A DNA stretch of 64,000 nucleotides from NCBI GenBank assembly GCA_963775345.1, contig CAVZIS010000006.1, forward strand, positions 344,786 to 408,785, given 5' to 3'. This DNA comes from Vicinamibacterales bacterium. GTDB taxonomy: Bacteria; Acidobacteriota; Vicinamibacteria; Vicinamibacterales; JAMQPK01. This document shows, piece by piece, positions 17,250 through 26,113 of this stretch. The translations under genes were made by a program, and so were the position numbers. The notes beneath the pieces were generated by a model. The model had not been told where the DNA came from and did no database searches. It saw nothing but the letters and a program-made list of their open reading frames with translations. Every line of letters begins with the position of its first letter. Position 1 is the stretch's first letter.

Positions 17250-17400
17250 ATCGACGGCCGCTGGACGATCGACGCAGGACGATCGACGACAGCCGATCGA
17301 CGATCGACCATGGACGATGAACGGTCGACGATGGACGCTGGACGCTGGACGATCGACGATGGACGATGGACGATGGCCGATCGCCGATCAACCGTCCATC
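17250..17400. repeat. Degenerate ATGGACG/GATCGAC repeat block (reverse complement of the 16296 array), ending in an internal inverted copy
   Basis: ...ctggacgatcgacgcaggacgatcgacgac...gatggacgctggacgctggacgatcgacgatggacgatggacgatggccgatcgccgatcaaccgtccatcc. ATGGACG is the reverse complement of CGTCCAT. Confidence 0.85.
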
Positions 17401-17586
17401 CGGGAGACTCGTACCCGCACGAGACACACGCCAGATACACCCTGTTGGCCTCGAAGTGCATGTAGTCTTCGTGCCCGCGGATTGCACAGAGAACGCGTTG
17501 CAGAGAAACCATCTCGCCATATAAGACGCTGGTCGGGCACCTGAAGTTCCGTATCCCGAGGTTCCTATCCGCAATACACTGATTCG

Positions 17587-18066
17587 GTGGAGGTTGCCAT
17601 TCGCGAAGCGCTGCCGGATGAATCGCCGGCGCTGTTGCGCCTGATGCACGCCGCCTTCGAGGAATACTCCGGTGTGCTCGATCCGCCCTCGGCAGCGCAC
17701 ACAGAGACGTTGGAATCCGTGAACAGGCGCCTGTCCAGGGGCGGCGCTGTACTTGCCCTGTTGAACGATGACCCTGTAGGGTTCGCATTCTATGAGCCAC
17801 AGGGCACACATCTGTACTTCTGTCGTCTTTCCGTGCTGCCGGCTTTCCGCAGGCGAGGCATCGGACGTGCGTTGATCGAGCACGTCGAGTCACGCGCTCG
17901 GGAGACCGGCTTCTCTGGCGTGCGGCTCGGCGTACGCGCTCAGTTGCCTCAGATGCAGGCGACATACGAACGCCTGGGATATCAGGTGACGAAGTACATG
18001 ACGCACGAGGGGTACGAGAAGCCCACCTACATGTTCATGGAGAAGGCGGTAGCTGGTAGCCGGTAG
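17587..18066 (+). CDS. GNAT family N-acetyltransferase
   Basis: 159 aa with the acetyl-CoA motif LSVLPAFRRRGIGRALIEHVE. The last codons (AVAGSR*) and the stop lie inside the GGTAGC repeat. Confidence 0.85.
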   Translation: MEVAIREALPDESPALLRLMHAAFEEYSGVLDPPSAAHTETLESVNRRLSRGGAVLALLNDDPVGFAFYEPQGTHLYFCRLSVLPAFRRRGIGRALIEHVESRARETGFSGVRLGVRAQLPQMQATYERLGYQVTKYMTHEGYEKPTYMFMEKAVAGSR

Positions 18067-18115
18067 CCGGTAGCGAGGGTATCCGGCCACCGGCTACCAG
18101 CTACCAGCTACCAGC
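18048..18115 (+). terminator. Long hairpin built from GGTAGC / GCTACC repeats
   Basis: The left arm ggtagctggtagccggtagccggtagc pairs imperfectly with the right arm cggctaccagctaccagctaccagc. The stem is about 25 bp and the loop about 16 nt, with no clear T-tract. Confidence 0.5.
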
Positions 18116-18133
18116 TAGTATGCTAGTCGCATC

Positions 18134-19114
18134 ATGACATTTGCCGGCGTCATCCCCATCCTGCCGACTCCCTTTCACGATGACGAGACCCTCGATCTCG
18201 ATTCATGGAAGACGTTACTGGAGTTCATGGTCGGGCTGGGAGTAGAGGGTGTGACGATTCTCGGTGTGCTTGGCGAATCGAATCGATTGAGCGATCGAGA
18301 ACGTGAGCGGCTAGTCGAAACTGCTGTCGACACCGTGCAACAGCGCATCCCGATTATCGTGGGCACGAGCCACGCAGGCACACATGCCGCCACGTACCTT
18401 TCGCGCAGGGCGCAAGATCTGGGAGCGAGTGCGGTGATGGTGACCGCCGCAAAAGAGCCCGTGCCCAACGACGATCGAATTCTCGAGCTCTATCGCCGGA
18501 TTGGCGACGAAGTCTCTATCCCCATCGTCCTGCAGGATCACCCGACGTCGAGCGAGGTTCATCTCCCGGTCGCCCTTATCCTGCGGGTGCTCGAGAAGGT
18601 GCCGTCGATTGCCTGCGTGAAAGAAGAAGCGGTTCCGACGGCGCCAAAGATCCGGCAGCTGCGCGATGCCTCGATCGGCCGGCGCATCGCAATACTCACC
18701 GGGCTCGGCGCTCTCTATGCTCCGTTCGAGCTCGAGGCGGGCTCCGATGGCTTCAACACCGGCTTCGCGTTTCCGGAGATTCTGCAGGAGATGGTGGCGG
18801 CCGCGCGGGATGGCGACTGGGCGAGGGTCCATGCGATCTATTCGCGGTTCGCGGCGCTGATCGTTCTCGAGCAACAGCCCGGTTTGGCAATCCGCAAGGA
18901 GCTGTTTCGAAGGAGGGGCCTGCTCGAGTCGGCTCGCGTGAGACATCCCGGCGGCACCGTATCGCCGATGCAGTCGAAACAGATCGATGCGCTGCTCAGT
19001 CTGACGCTCGCCGGCACGGACATCACTCGTCCGATCGCTTCTGATAACGTGCCTTCGTTTCCGCATTCGGCGGGTACAGCCCGGTCAGCTTCTCGCCTCG
19101 CTCAATCTCCCTGA
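18134..19114 (+). CDS. Dihydrodipicolinate synthase/N-acetylneuraminate lyase family (DapA-like) aldolase
   Basis: VIPILPTPF, GVTILGVLGESNRLS, IIVGTSH and ACVKEE (Schiff-base Lys context) are typical of the DHDPS family. The 3' 92 nt overlap the convergent RraA-like gene. Confidence 0.8.
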   Translation: MTFAGVIPILPTPFHDDETLDLDSWKTLLEFMVGLGVEGVTILGVLGESNRLSDRERERLVETAVDTVQQRIPIIVGTSHAGTHAATYLSRRAQDLGASAVMVTAAKEPVPNDDRILELYRRIGDEVSIPIVLQDHPTSSEVHLPVALILRVLEKVPSIACVKEEAVPTAPKIRQLRDASIGRRIAILTGLGALYAPFELEAGSDGFNTGFAFPEILQEMVAAARDGDWARVHAIYSRFAALIVLEQQPGLAIRKELFRRRGLLESARVRHPGGTVSPMQSKQIDALLSLTLAGTDITRPIASDNVPSFPHSAGTARSASRLAQSP

Positions 19115-19724
19115 CGACCCACGCTTCGAAACGTTCCTGTTCCGGAGCGGTGGCGAGGACGTCCTCGAGCATGGCCTGCGGAATCACGACCGCGCCGTCA
19201 TCGTCGCTGACGATGATGTCGTTCGGAAAGACCGCCACGCCGCCGCAACCGATCGGTTCCTGCCAGTTGACGAACGTGAGACCGGCAACTGACGGCGGAG
19301 CGGCGCATCCCTGACACCAGACTGGAAGTCCGGTCGCCAGCACGCCCGCCACATCCCGCACGACGCCGTCGGTCACGAGCGCGCTTACCCCCCGCTTCTT
19401 GATTCGAGCGCAGAGAATGTCGCCAAAGATCCCGGCGTCGGTGATGCGCATCGCGTCGATCACGGCAATGCATCCTTCTGGCATTTCTTCGATGGCCGCT
19501 CGCGTCGAACGTGGCGACGACCAGGATTCAGGCGTCGCCAGATCTTCGCGTGCCGGGACGAAGCGCATCGTAAATACCGGACCTGCGACACGCGGCTGAC
19601 CTGACCGAAGCGGCCGCGTGCCTCGAATCCAGACGTTCCGCAGCCCCTTCTTGAGCAGGATTGTCGTGATGGTAGCCGTCGACACGGCAGAGAGTGTTTC
19701 GATCCCTTTCGCATCCAGCGTCAT
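19023..19724 (-). CDS. RraA family protein (4-hydroxy-4-methyl-2-oxoglutarate aldolase-like)
   Basis: 233 aa starting at MTLDAKGIE (ATG 19724). It carries the RraA-like core ...AVIDAMRITDAGIFGDILCARIKKRGVSALVTDGVVRD. The longer 545-aa ORF upstream overlaps the transporter gene and is not credible. Confidence 0.8.
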   Translation of the reverse strand: MTLDAKGIETLSAVSTATITTILLKKGLRNVWIRGTRPLRSGQPRVAGPVFTMRFVPAREDLATPESWSSPRSTRAAIEEMPEGCIAVIDAMRITDAGIFGDILCARIKKRGVSALVTDGVVRDVAGVLATGLPVWCQGCAAPPSVAGLTFVNWQEPIGCGGVAVFPNDIIVSDDDGAVVIPQAMLEDVLATAPEQERFEAWVVREIERGEKLTGLYPPNAETKARYQKRSDE

Positions 19725-19739
19725 TGATTGAGTCCTCTT

Positions 19740-19790
19740 GGCAGGGCTGAAGCCCTGCGCTACTGCGTTGTGCTGAAGCCCTGCGCTACC
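19740..19790. repeat. REP-like palindromic element, two units
   Basis: GGCAGGGCTGAAGCCCTGCGCTAC followed by a truncated unit GCTGAAGCCCTGCGCTACC. The same family, in both orientations, occurs at 51931-52085. Confidence 0.8.
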
Positions 19791-19804
19791 GCATCCGCTT
19801 CCCG

Positions 19805-21277
19805 CTACCAGAGTCCCAGCAGCTTCCACCACGCGAGCCCGACGGTCCCCCAGATCGCCAGGTGCACGAACGAGATGAGGAATCCGACCTTCCACCAGGG
19901 CCCGACCGACACATATCCGGTCGAATACAGAATCGGACCTGGTGTCGTGCCGAAATGGGTGAGACACGCCGACAGGTTCACGTAGATCGCCAGGGAAAAC
20001 ACGACGAGCTCCGGTGGCGCGCCCGCTGCGACCAGCATCGTCGAGAAGGGAAGGAACATCGCCACCATATGCGTCGTGTTGCTCGCGAAAAAATAGTGCG
20101 CATAAAAGTACACGATGACGATGGCCGTCATGAGAGCCGGCCAGGCCCAGCCGCCGAACGCGCCCGAGGCGGCGGTGGCGAATGCCGTCGTGAGGCCGTA
20201 CTCGTTGATGGCCTCGCCCATTCGAACGACACCCCCGAACCAGATGAACACGTCCCACGCCGTGTGTTCGTGGACGATGTCGGTCCAGGTGAGCGTTCCG
20301 CTCAGAAGAAGGAGAATCACGCCCAGCAGTGCGACCGTGACGGTCGCGATGCCATGCAGCGACGCGCTTGCCCAGAGACCGCACACGAGAACGAACACCG
20401 CGATGACTTTCATCTCGGCGACGCTCAGCGGGCCGAGCGCCGTCAGCTCTTCGCGGGCCATCGTTGCAGCCTCCGGTGTGCGCCGGATGCCCGGCGGACA
20501 CAGCAGGTAGACGAACCACGGAATCACCACCAGCGAGACCAACCCCGGCACGATCGACACCTGCAGCCACCGCGACCACGACATCGAGACGTCGAACGCT
20601 TTCAGCGCGAGCCCGGCCGCGATTGGATTGCTCACCTGTCCGGTGAGGTACATGGCACACGCCAGCATGTCGCCCTGATAGAGAACGAGCATGAGGTAGG
20701 TCCCGAGCAGTCCCGCCGTGGGTCCAGGGGTCGACTGATAGATGCCCGACAGCGTTCTGCCGATCGGCATCAGGATTCCGCCGATACGCGCCGAGTTGCC
20801 TGGGATGACCGAGGCAAGCACGACATCACATGCAACAAGCGAATAGCCGAGACCCAGCGAGGTATGACCAATCGATCGGATGAACCAAAGCGCCAGCCGT
20901 CGAGCGAGTCCGCTGTTGATGACCGCTCGCGAAAACAGGAACGCCGCAATCACGAGCCAGACTGCGGCGTTGCTGTAGCCGGCCAGCGCCTGGGCGGGTG
21001 TCAGGACACCCGTCAGCATCGTGATGGTGATGCCAATCAAGACGGCGGCTCCACCAGGCAGCGGCCGGAGCATCAGCGCCAGTACTGTACAGACGAAGAT
21101 CGCGAACATCCGCCAACCCTGGACGGTCACCGATGCGGGCCGTGGAATTACATATAGGATTCCCAGCGCGACGACCGAAAGGATGAGCACCGAGAGCACT
21201 GGGGGAATTGCCGGAGCGTCGGTTGGCTTCGGGTGCGTGAGCGTGTCTGGCACGAGTTCCATCAATTCATGAGGCAA
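19805..21277 (-). CDS. DASS-family (SLC13-like) anion/dicarboxylate transporter
   Basis: 490 aa and polytopic. Conserved DASS motifs are present, such as VIPGNSARIGGILMPI and FFASNTTHMVAMFLPF. Confidence 0.85.
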   Translation of the reverse strand: MPHELMELVPDTLTHPKPTDAPAIPPVLSVLILSVVALGILYVIPRPASVTVQGWRMFAIFVCTVLALMLRPLPGGAAVLIGITITMLTGVLTPAQALAGYSNAAVWLVIAAFLFSRAVINSGLARRLALWFIRSIGHTSLGLGYSLVACDVVLASVIPGNSARIGGILMPIGRTLSGIYQSTPGPTAGLLGTYLMLVLYQGDMLACAMYLTGQVSNPIAAGLALKAFDVSMSWSRWLQVSIVPGLVSLVVIPWFVYLLCPPGIRRTPEAATMAREELTALGPLSVAEMKVIAVFVLVCGLWASASLHGIATVTVALLGVILLLLSGTLTWTDIVHEHTAWDVFIWFGGVVRMGEAINEYGLTTAFATAASGAFGGWAWPALMTAIVIVYFYAHYFFASNTTHMVAMFLPFSTMLVAAGAPPELVVFSLAIYVNLSACLTHFGTTPGPILYSTGYVSVGPWWKVGFLISFVHLAIWGTVGLAWWKLLGLW

Positions 21278-21300
21278 TGAGTTCCATCAATGGCCTGAAA

Positions 21301-21341
21301 AGAATTACTGATTTGCACGCTGCCATTGCAATGACTATATT
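21301..21341 (+). promoter_or_regulatory. Conserved upstream element with sigma70-like promoter (copy a)
   Basis: AGAATTACTGATTTGCAC... contains -35 TTGCAC (21313-21318), a 17-nt spacer and -10 TATATT (21336-21341), just upstream of the TBDR start. The motif is shared with 24918 and 32055. Confidence 0.4.
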
Positions 21342-21363
21342 CGGGTCAAGCCAGCATCCGTCT

Positions 21364-24300
21364 ATGATGGTGAATCTTAGGCGATCCAACCGCCTCGCCT
21401 TCTCTGCGGCCATTTGGGCGCTTCTGGTGATCCCCGCCGCGGCTCAGTTCAATACTGGAGAGATTGTCGGCGTTGTACGCGACAGCTCCGGAAGCCTGTT
21501 GCCCGGAGCCACGGTGACGGCCCGGCACCTCGCGAACAATTTCGTCATCGAACGCACGACGGATTCCGCCGGACGCTTTTTCCTTCCATCCCTACAAACG
21601 GGGCACTGGGATATTGCGGCTTCGTTGCCCGGGTTTTCGCCTCACACGCATAAGGGGGTTGTGGTCGAGATCGGTCGAACGCTTCATCTCGAGTTCACGC
21701 TGGGCGTCGGCGGGATCAGTGAAGAGATCACGGTCGCCGGGAATGCTCAGTTGTTGCAAACGACAACCGCGGAGATTAGCGATGTGATCGAAAACCGCGA
21801 GGTCGTTCAGCTTCCTCTCAACGGACGGAACTTCATCGCCCTGGCGCAACTGAGCGACGCTGTGGTGCTTCCACCCGGGGGCACGCGGGGCGAGGCGTTA
21901 CAGCAGGCGGGACCCTTGCCGAATGTGGGAGGACAGCGGTCCGGTCACAACATCTACCTGCTCGATGGGGCGAAGGTGACCGACGAGTTGTTCAACAATC
22001 TGGTGATCAACCCGTCGGTTGATTCGATACAAGAGTTCACGATAAAGAAGTCGCTCTACCCGGCGGAATTCGGTGGAAAAGCCTCGGCACTGATTAACGT
22101 GTCGACCAAATCGGGGGCGAATATCTTTCACGGCAGCGCCTTCGAGTTCCACCGCAACGACGCGTTCGATTCAGCCAACTATTTTCAGCCAAAAGGGGAG
22201 CGGACTCCTCCCCTCCGCCAGAACCAGTTCGGCGCGACGCTCGGCGGTCCGCTTCTGCGAAATCGGTCCTTCTTTTTTGCCAGCTTTGAGGGGCTGCGGA
22301 TGAAGCGCTCTCTGACACAGACTTTCTCCGTGCCAACAATAGGGGCGCGCGCCGGTGACTTCGCCGGCCTGGGTCCGATCTGCGATCCCTTGACGATCCC
22401 GACGACGGGGATTTGTGCGCCGTTCCCGAACAACTTGCTTCCGGCCAGCCGCATCGATCCACTCGCGACAGCTTTGCTCCAGCACGTGCCGCTGCCGACC
22501 TCCGGCGCATCGCTTCAGAACCTGACTTCCGTGGAGCAGCAGGACCGCGATCTCAATCAGTTCAGCGCGCGTGTTGACCATCGCCTGGGGGTGAGCGACG
22601 AGTTGTTCAGTCGTTTCAGCACGTTCGACGCGGAGGAGCTCCAGCCGTTCGGCACCAGTGCGCTTCAGGAAACGCTCGTCCCCGGGTTTGGGCGTTCATT
22701 GACGACGAAAGCAAGAAGCCTGGTGGCGAGCCACACGCATGTCTTCGGCACCGCTCTCCTCAACGAGTTGCGCGCCGGATGGATGACGGTGGAAGGCGGT
22801 CAAATCAGCCTGAACCGCGGCAACCCGTTCGCACAGCAGGTAGGCCTCCTGGGCGTGACGAGCGACGTTCGCGACATGGGCTTCCCTCAGATTTCGACGG
22901 GCGGTCTCTACAACACGTTCGGCGATCCAACGGTTTTCACGACGCGCGACAACCAGCATTTCGAGCTCTTCAACAACGTGACGCTGGATCGTGGAGCGCA
23001 CCGGCTGAAGTTTGGCGCCTATTACTTTCATTTACAGTTGCGCCCTGAGCAGCCCGACAACGCGCGGGGTGCGTTTACCTACACCGGACAGTTCACCGGG
23101 AACGCGTTTGCCGACTTCCTCCTGGGTTACCCGACGTCGGCCGTGTCCGGCATCGGTCGCGGCGACGAGGACGGCCGGACGAACTGGTTGCACCTCTACG
23201 CGCAAGACGATTGGCGGGCTCGCAATAACCTGACCTTCAATCTCGGCCTGCGTTACGAGTTCAACCAGCACATGTACGACGTGAACAATCGATTGTCGTC
23301 GATCGACTTGTCGGTGCCCGGGGGGCGGTTTGTCATCGCGGCTGACGACAGCGGCACAATTGATTCGAGCGCGGGCGAGCTGCTGCCTTTGATCCCGCTT
23401 CCGTATGTGACGTCAGAATCGATTGGCTGGGGACGCGGCCTGTTGGATCCAAGCACAGTGCGCCTGGCGCCGCGGTTGGGCTTCGCTCTCACCCTGGACG
23501 ACTCACGCGCGGTGATTCGCGGGGGCTATGGCATTTTCCTCAATCAATGGGCCTATAGCGTTCAGACAGCGTTCGCGCGCAATCTGCCGTTCTTTTTCAC
23601 CAAGCAGGTCGATGTACCAGCTGACGTGCGCGTCCCCACGCACCAGACCCGAAACATGCTGACGAGCGACGCCACGGGGACGGTCGGCGGCAGCATCATG
23701 GACCATGAATACAACGTCGAGTACAGCCAGACGTGGAGCGGCGGACTCCAATACCAGCTCCGGCCGACGACCATGGCGGAGATCTCATACATGGGGACGT
23801 GGACGCTCGGAGCCGACAATGCCACGATTCACAACGTACCCGAGCCCGGCCCCGGCGCGCTGCAGGCTCGCAGACCGATCCCGCAGTTGAGCCGGATCAA
23901 CGCGATCCGCTTCGACGGAAAGTCCATCTATCACGGCGTGACGTTCAGGCTGGAGCGCCGACTTGCCGACAGTTTCGCCTACAACATCAGCTACACGCTC
24001 TCACACTCGAAAGACGACGCGTCGAGCCCCGGCGCCACCGAGTCGGAGGCAAACGTGCCGCAGAATGTGCGGAACATCTTCGACGAGACCGGCGAGTGGG
24101 CGCTTTCGAGCTTCGATCATCGCAACCAGTTCATCGCGAGCGGGGTCTACCAGTTTCCGTTCTTCAGCGGCGCGGGCGGCATGAAAGAGAGCGTGTTGGC
24201 CGGCTGGCGTGCCAACGCGATCCTGACCGTGCAGGCGGGCGCACCATTCACCGTCAACCTCGGCGTTGATCGCGCCAACATCGGAGCCGGGCCGGCGCAG

Positions 24301-24642
24301 CGCCCGGATCAGCTTCGAGACCCGAATCTCTCGGGGGACCAGCGCTCGCCCGAGCGCTGGTTCGACACGTCGGCGTTTGCGCTCCAGCCGCAGTACATGT
24401 TTGGAAGCGCCCCTCGGAACAGCGTGCTCGGACCTGGTTATGCGAACGTGGACTTCGCGTTGGCCAAGACGTGGGCGATGCGAGGCACATCTCAGCTCGA
24501 GATCCGATGGGAAATCTTCAATCTGTTGAACAGAGCCAACTTCGATCTACCAAACCGGACGTTCGGAAATCCGAACTTCGGCCGCATCTTCAGCGCGAAG
24601 AATCCACGTGAGATGCAGATAGGCGTGCGTTTCGCTTTCTAG
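21364..24642 (+). CDS. TonB-dependent receptor with CarboxypepD_reg N-domain (intact)
   Basis: Likely start MMVNLRRSNRLAFSAAIWALLVIPAAAQ. Then GVVRDSSGSLLPGATVTA...GRFFLPSLQTGHWDIAASLPGF, a plug (LPLNGRNF) and a barrel ending ...MQIGVRFAF. Confidence 0.9.
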   Translation: MMVNLRRSNRLAFSAAIWALLVIPAAAQFNTGEIVGVVRDSSGSLLPGATVTARHLANNFVIERTTDSAGRFFLPSLQTGHWDIAASLPGFSPHTHKGVVVEIGRTLHLEFTLGVGGISEEITVAGNAQLLQTTTAEISDVIENREVVQLPLNGRNFIALAQLSDAVVLPPGGTRGEALQQAGPLPNVGGQRSGHNIYLLDGAKVTDELFNNLVINPSVDSIQEFTIKKSLYPAEFGGKASALINVSTKSGANIFHGSAFEFHRNDAFDSANYFQPKGERTPPLRQNQFGATLGGPLLRNRSFFFASFEGLRMKRSLTQTFSVPTIGARAGDFAGLGPICDPLTIPTTGICAPFPNNLLPASRIDPLATALLQHVPLPTSGASLQNLTSVEQQDRDLNQFSARVDHRLGVSDELFSRFSTFDAEELQPFGTSALQETLVPGFGRSLTTKARSLVASHTHVFGTALLNELRAGWMTVEGGQISLNRGNPFAQQVGLLGVTSDVRDMGFPQISTGGLYNTFGDPTVFTTRDNQHFELFNNVTLDRGAHRLKFGAYYFHLQLRPEQPDNARGAFTYTGQFTGNAFADFLLGYPTSAVSGIGRGDEDGRTNWLHLYAQDDWRARNNLTFNLGLRYEFNQHMYDVNNRLSSIDLSVPGGRFVIAADDSGTIDSSAGELLPLIPLPYVTSESIGWGRGLLDPSTVRLAPRLGFALTLDDSRAVIRGGYGIFLNQWAYSVQTAFARNLPFFFTKQVDVPADVRVPTHQTRNMLTSDATGTVGGSIMDHEYNVEYSQTWSGGLQYQLRPTTMAEISYMGTWTLGADNATIHNVPEPGPGALQARRPIPQLSRINAIRFDGKSIYHGVTFRLERRLADSFAYNISYTLSHSKDDASSPGATESEANVPQNVRNIFDETGEWALSSFDHRNQFIASGVYQFPFFSGAGGMKESVLAGWRANAILTVQAGAPFTVNLGVDRANIGAGPAQRPDQLRDPNLSGDQRSPERWFDTSAFALQPQYMFGSAPRNSVLGPGYANVDFALAKTWAMRGTSQLEIRWEIFNLLNRANFDLPNRTFGNPNFGRIFSAKNPREMQIGVRFAF

Positions 24643-24808
24643 CCTGAGGCGTGAGCCAGCTGAGGCGAGCGTGGATGTCGGAGGGCCTTCAATACGGTGG
24701 TGGGACCCCGCGGAGGCTCGTGGCGGGGCAGCCACGCTTGCCAATTGAACAGCTCGATCACACCTTCGGCGACCGCTAGAAAGTGTTCCAGCTGCAATAG
24801 ATCCATTC
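24639..24808 (-). pseudogene. Internally deleted LysR-family relic (first 14 codons joined to C-terminal tail)
   Basis: MDLLQLEHFLAVAEG equals the start of the LysR at 42672 (MDLLQLEHFLAVVEEG). The continuation IELFNWQAWLPRHEPPRGPTTVLKALRHPRS parallels that gene's C-terminal tail (VKQFNWVGWLPHSTESPVPRSVLRAVRQTRV). The HTH and effector domains are missing. Confidence 0.6.
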
Positions 24809-24917
24809 TCCGTTCCCGTTGGACTGCAATCCCCGAACGCAGTTGATATCGGAATCGCCAGCCCACGATCCAAATCGTTGGTCGTCAACCCCCAGCAAGA
24901 GTGCTTATGACCCAAGA

Positions 24918-24958
24918 AGAATTACTGATTGGCGCCGGCTATTTGCCCGCCATAGACT
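24918..24958 (+). promoter_or_regulatory. Conserved upstream element with sigma70-like promoter (copy b)
   Basis: AGAATTACTGATTGGCG contains -35 TTGGCG (24929-24934), an 18-nt spacer and -10 TAGACT (24953-24958). It lies upstream of the OCD-TBDR operon. Confidence 0.35.
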
Positions 24959-25043
24959 CCGGCAATAGTTCCGGTCTTTGCGCCGCGAGTTCGTCGTCAC
25001 GCGTCGCCTGCTCAGATAGATCGTGATCACTGAGGTGATGTTG

Positions 25044-26081
25044 ATGATTCTGTTGCTGTCTGAAACCGACGTGGCGGGCATCCTGTCGATGACCGACGGG
25101 ATTCGAGTGGTGGAGCAGGCATTTCGACACCATACCGTGAACCGCGGTGCGGTTATTCCGCGAATCAGTACCGAGATACCGGGGACGGGTGGAGCTTTTC
25201 GCGTGATGCCGGCAGTACTGCCTGAGATGGGATTTTTTGGTTTGAAAACGCTGACTGGATACCCCGGTCGTCGACTTCCTGGTGAAACCTACTTTGCGAT
25301 TCTGTTGTTCAGCTGCGACACCGGTGCGCTGCGCGCCATCATCGCCGCCAACAGGCTGACTGGGATTAGGACCGGCGCCGCAACGGGCGTCGCGGCCAAA
25401 TATTTGTCTCGCGCCGACTCGTCGGTGCTCGGAATCATCGGTGCCGGCGTTCAAGCTCGCTATCAGGTCTCGGCTCTTAAAGAGGTGAGGCCGTTGACGG
25501 AGGTGCGAATCTTCGATATCGACTCGGCGAAAGCCGAAGTGTTTGCGAGTGAAATCGAATTGGAGCTGCAGATTGCTGCGTGCGCTGTCGCGGATGCACG
25601 CGAAGCCGTGACTGGATGCGACCTGGTGGTGACAGCTACCGCCGCTAAAGCTCCGGTGTTTGACGGTCAGTGGCTCGATGATGGCTCACACGTGAGTGGA
25701 GTGGGGTCGAACTCTCCGAACAAGAAAGAACTCGACACGTGTGTTTTCCAGAGGAGCAGGATCGTCGTCGATTTCAGGGATCAGGCGCTTCAAGAAGCCG
25801 GAGATCTTCAGCAAGCTCTCCAAATGGAGGCTATTCAAGAAGACGCGATCTATGCCGAACTTGGTGAAGTGATTACCGGGACGAAGCCCGGACGACAGAA
25901 CGACGACGAGATCACCCTATTTAAGTCGGTTGGAATGGCGATTGAAGACATCGCGACGGCCACGTTCGTCTACCAGCAGGCGCTCGCAGCTGGAGTTGGT
26001 GCACGCGTCGAGTTAGAGGGCGCCGGCGCGCCTGTTGCTGCTCCGCTGAGCTTGCCGCATCTGGTCGTTCCAGCCCGATGA
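25044..26081 (+). CDS. Ornithine cyclodeaminase / mu-crystallin family enzyme
   Basis: MILLLSETDVAGILSM..., RTGAATGVAAKYL, Rossmann GIIGAGVQARYQ and SGVGSN are typical of the OCD family. The ORF opens at 25023; ATG 25044 has the better GAGG spacing. Confidence 0.85.
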   Translation: MILLLSETDVAGILSMTDGIRVVEQAFRHHTVNRGAVIPRISTEIPGTGGAFRVMPAVLPEMGFFGLKTLTGYPGRRLPGETYFAILLFSCDTGALRAIIAANRLTGIRTGAATGVAAKYLSRADSSVLGIIGAGVQARYQVSALKEVRPLTEVRIFDIDSAKAEVFASEIELELQIAACAVADAREAVTGCDLVVTATAAKAPVFDGQWLDDGSHVSGVGSNSPNKKELDTCVFQRSRIVVDFRDQALQEAGDLQQALQMEAIQEDAIYAELGEVITGTKPGRQNDDEITLFKSVGMAIEDIATATFVYQQALAAGVGARVELEGAGAPVAAPLSLPHLVVPAR

Positions 26082-26113
26082 ACTGAATTTGGTAGCCCGA
26101 AAGGAGCACCACA

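Noticed and set aside
17161-17883. ORFs translating the 17250-17400 repeat block (for example DGRWTIDAGRSTTADRRSTMDDERSTMD)
   Set aside because: The periodic peptide is a by-product of the heptamer DNA repeat. There is no start context and no homology, and ORFs appear on both strands.
19725-20660. Upstream two-thirds of the 545-aa minus-strand ORF 19023-20660
   Set aside because: Only the last 233 codons (from MTLDAKG, ATG 19724) resemble RraA proteins. The remainder overlaps the DASS transporter gene in another frame and is Arg/Gly-rich.
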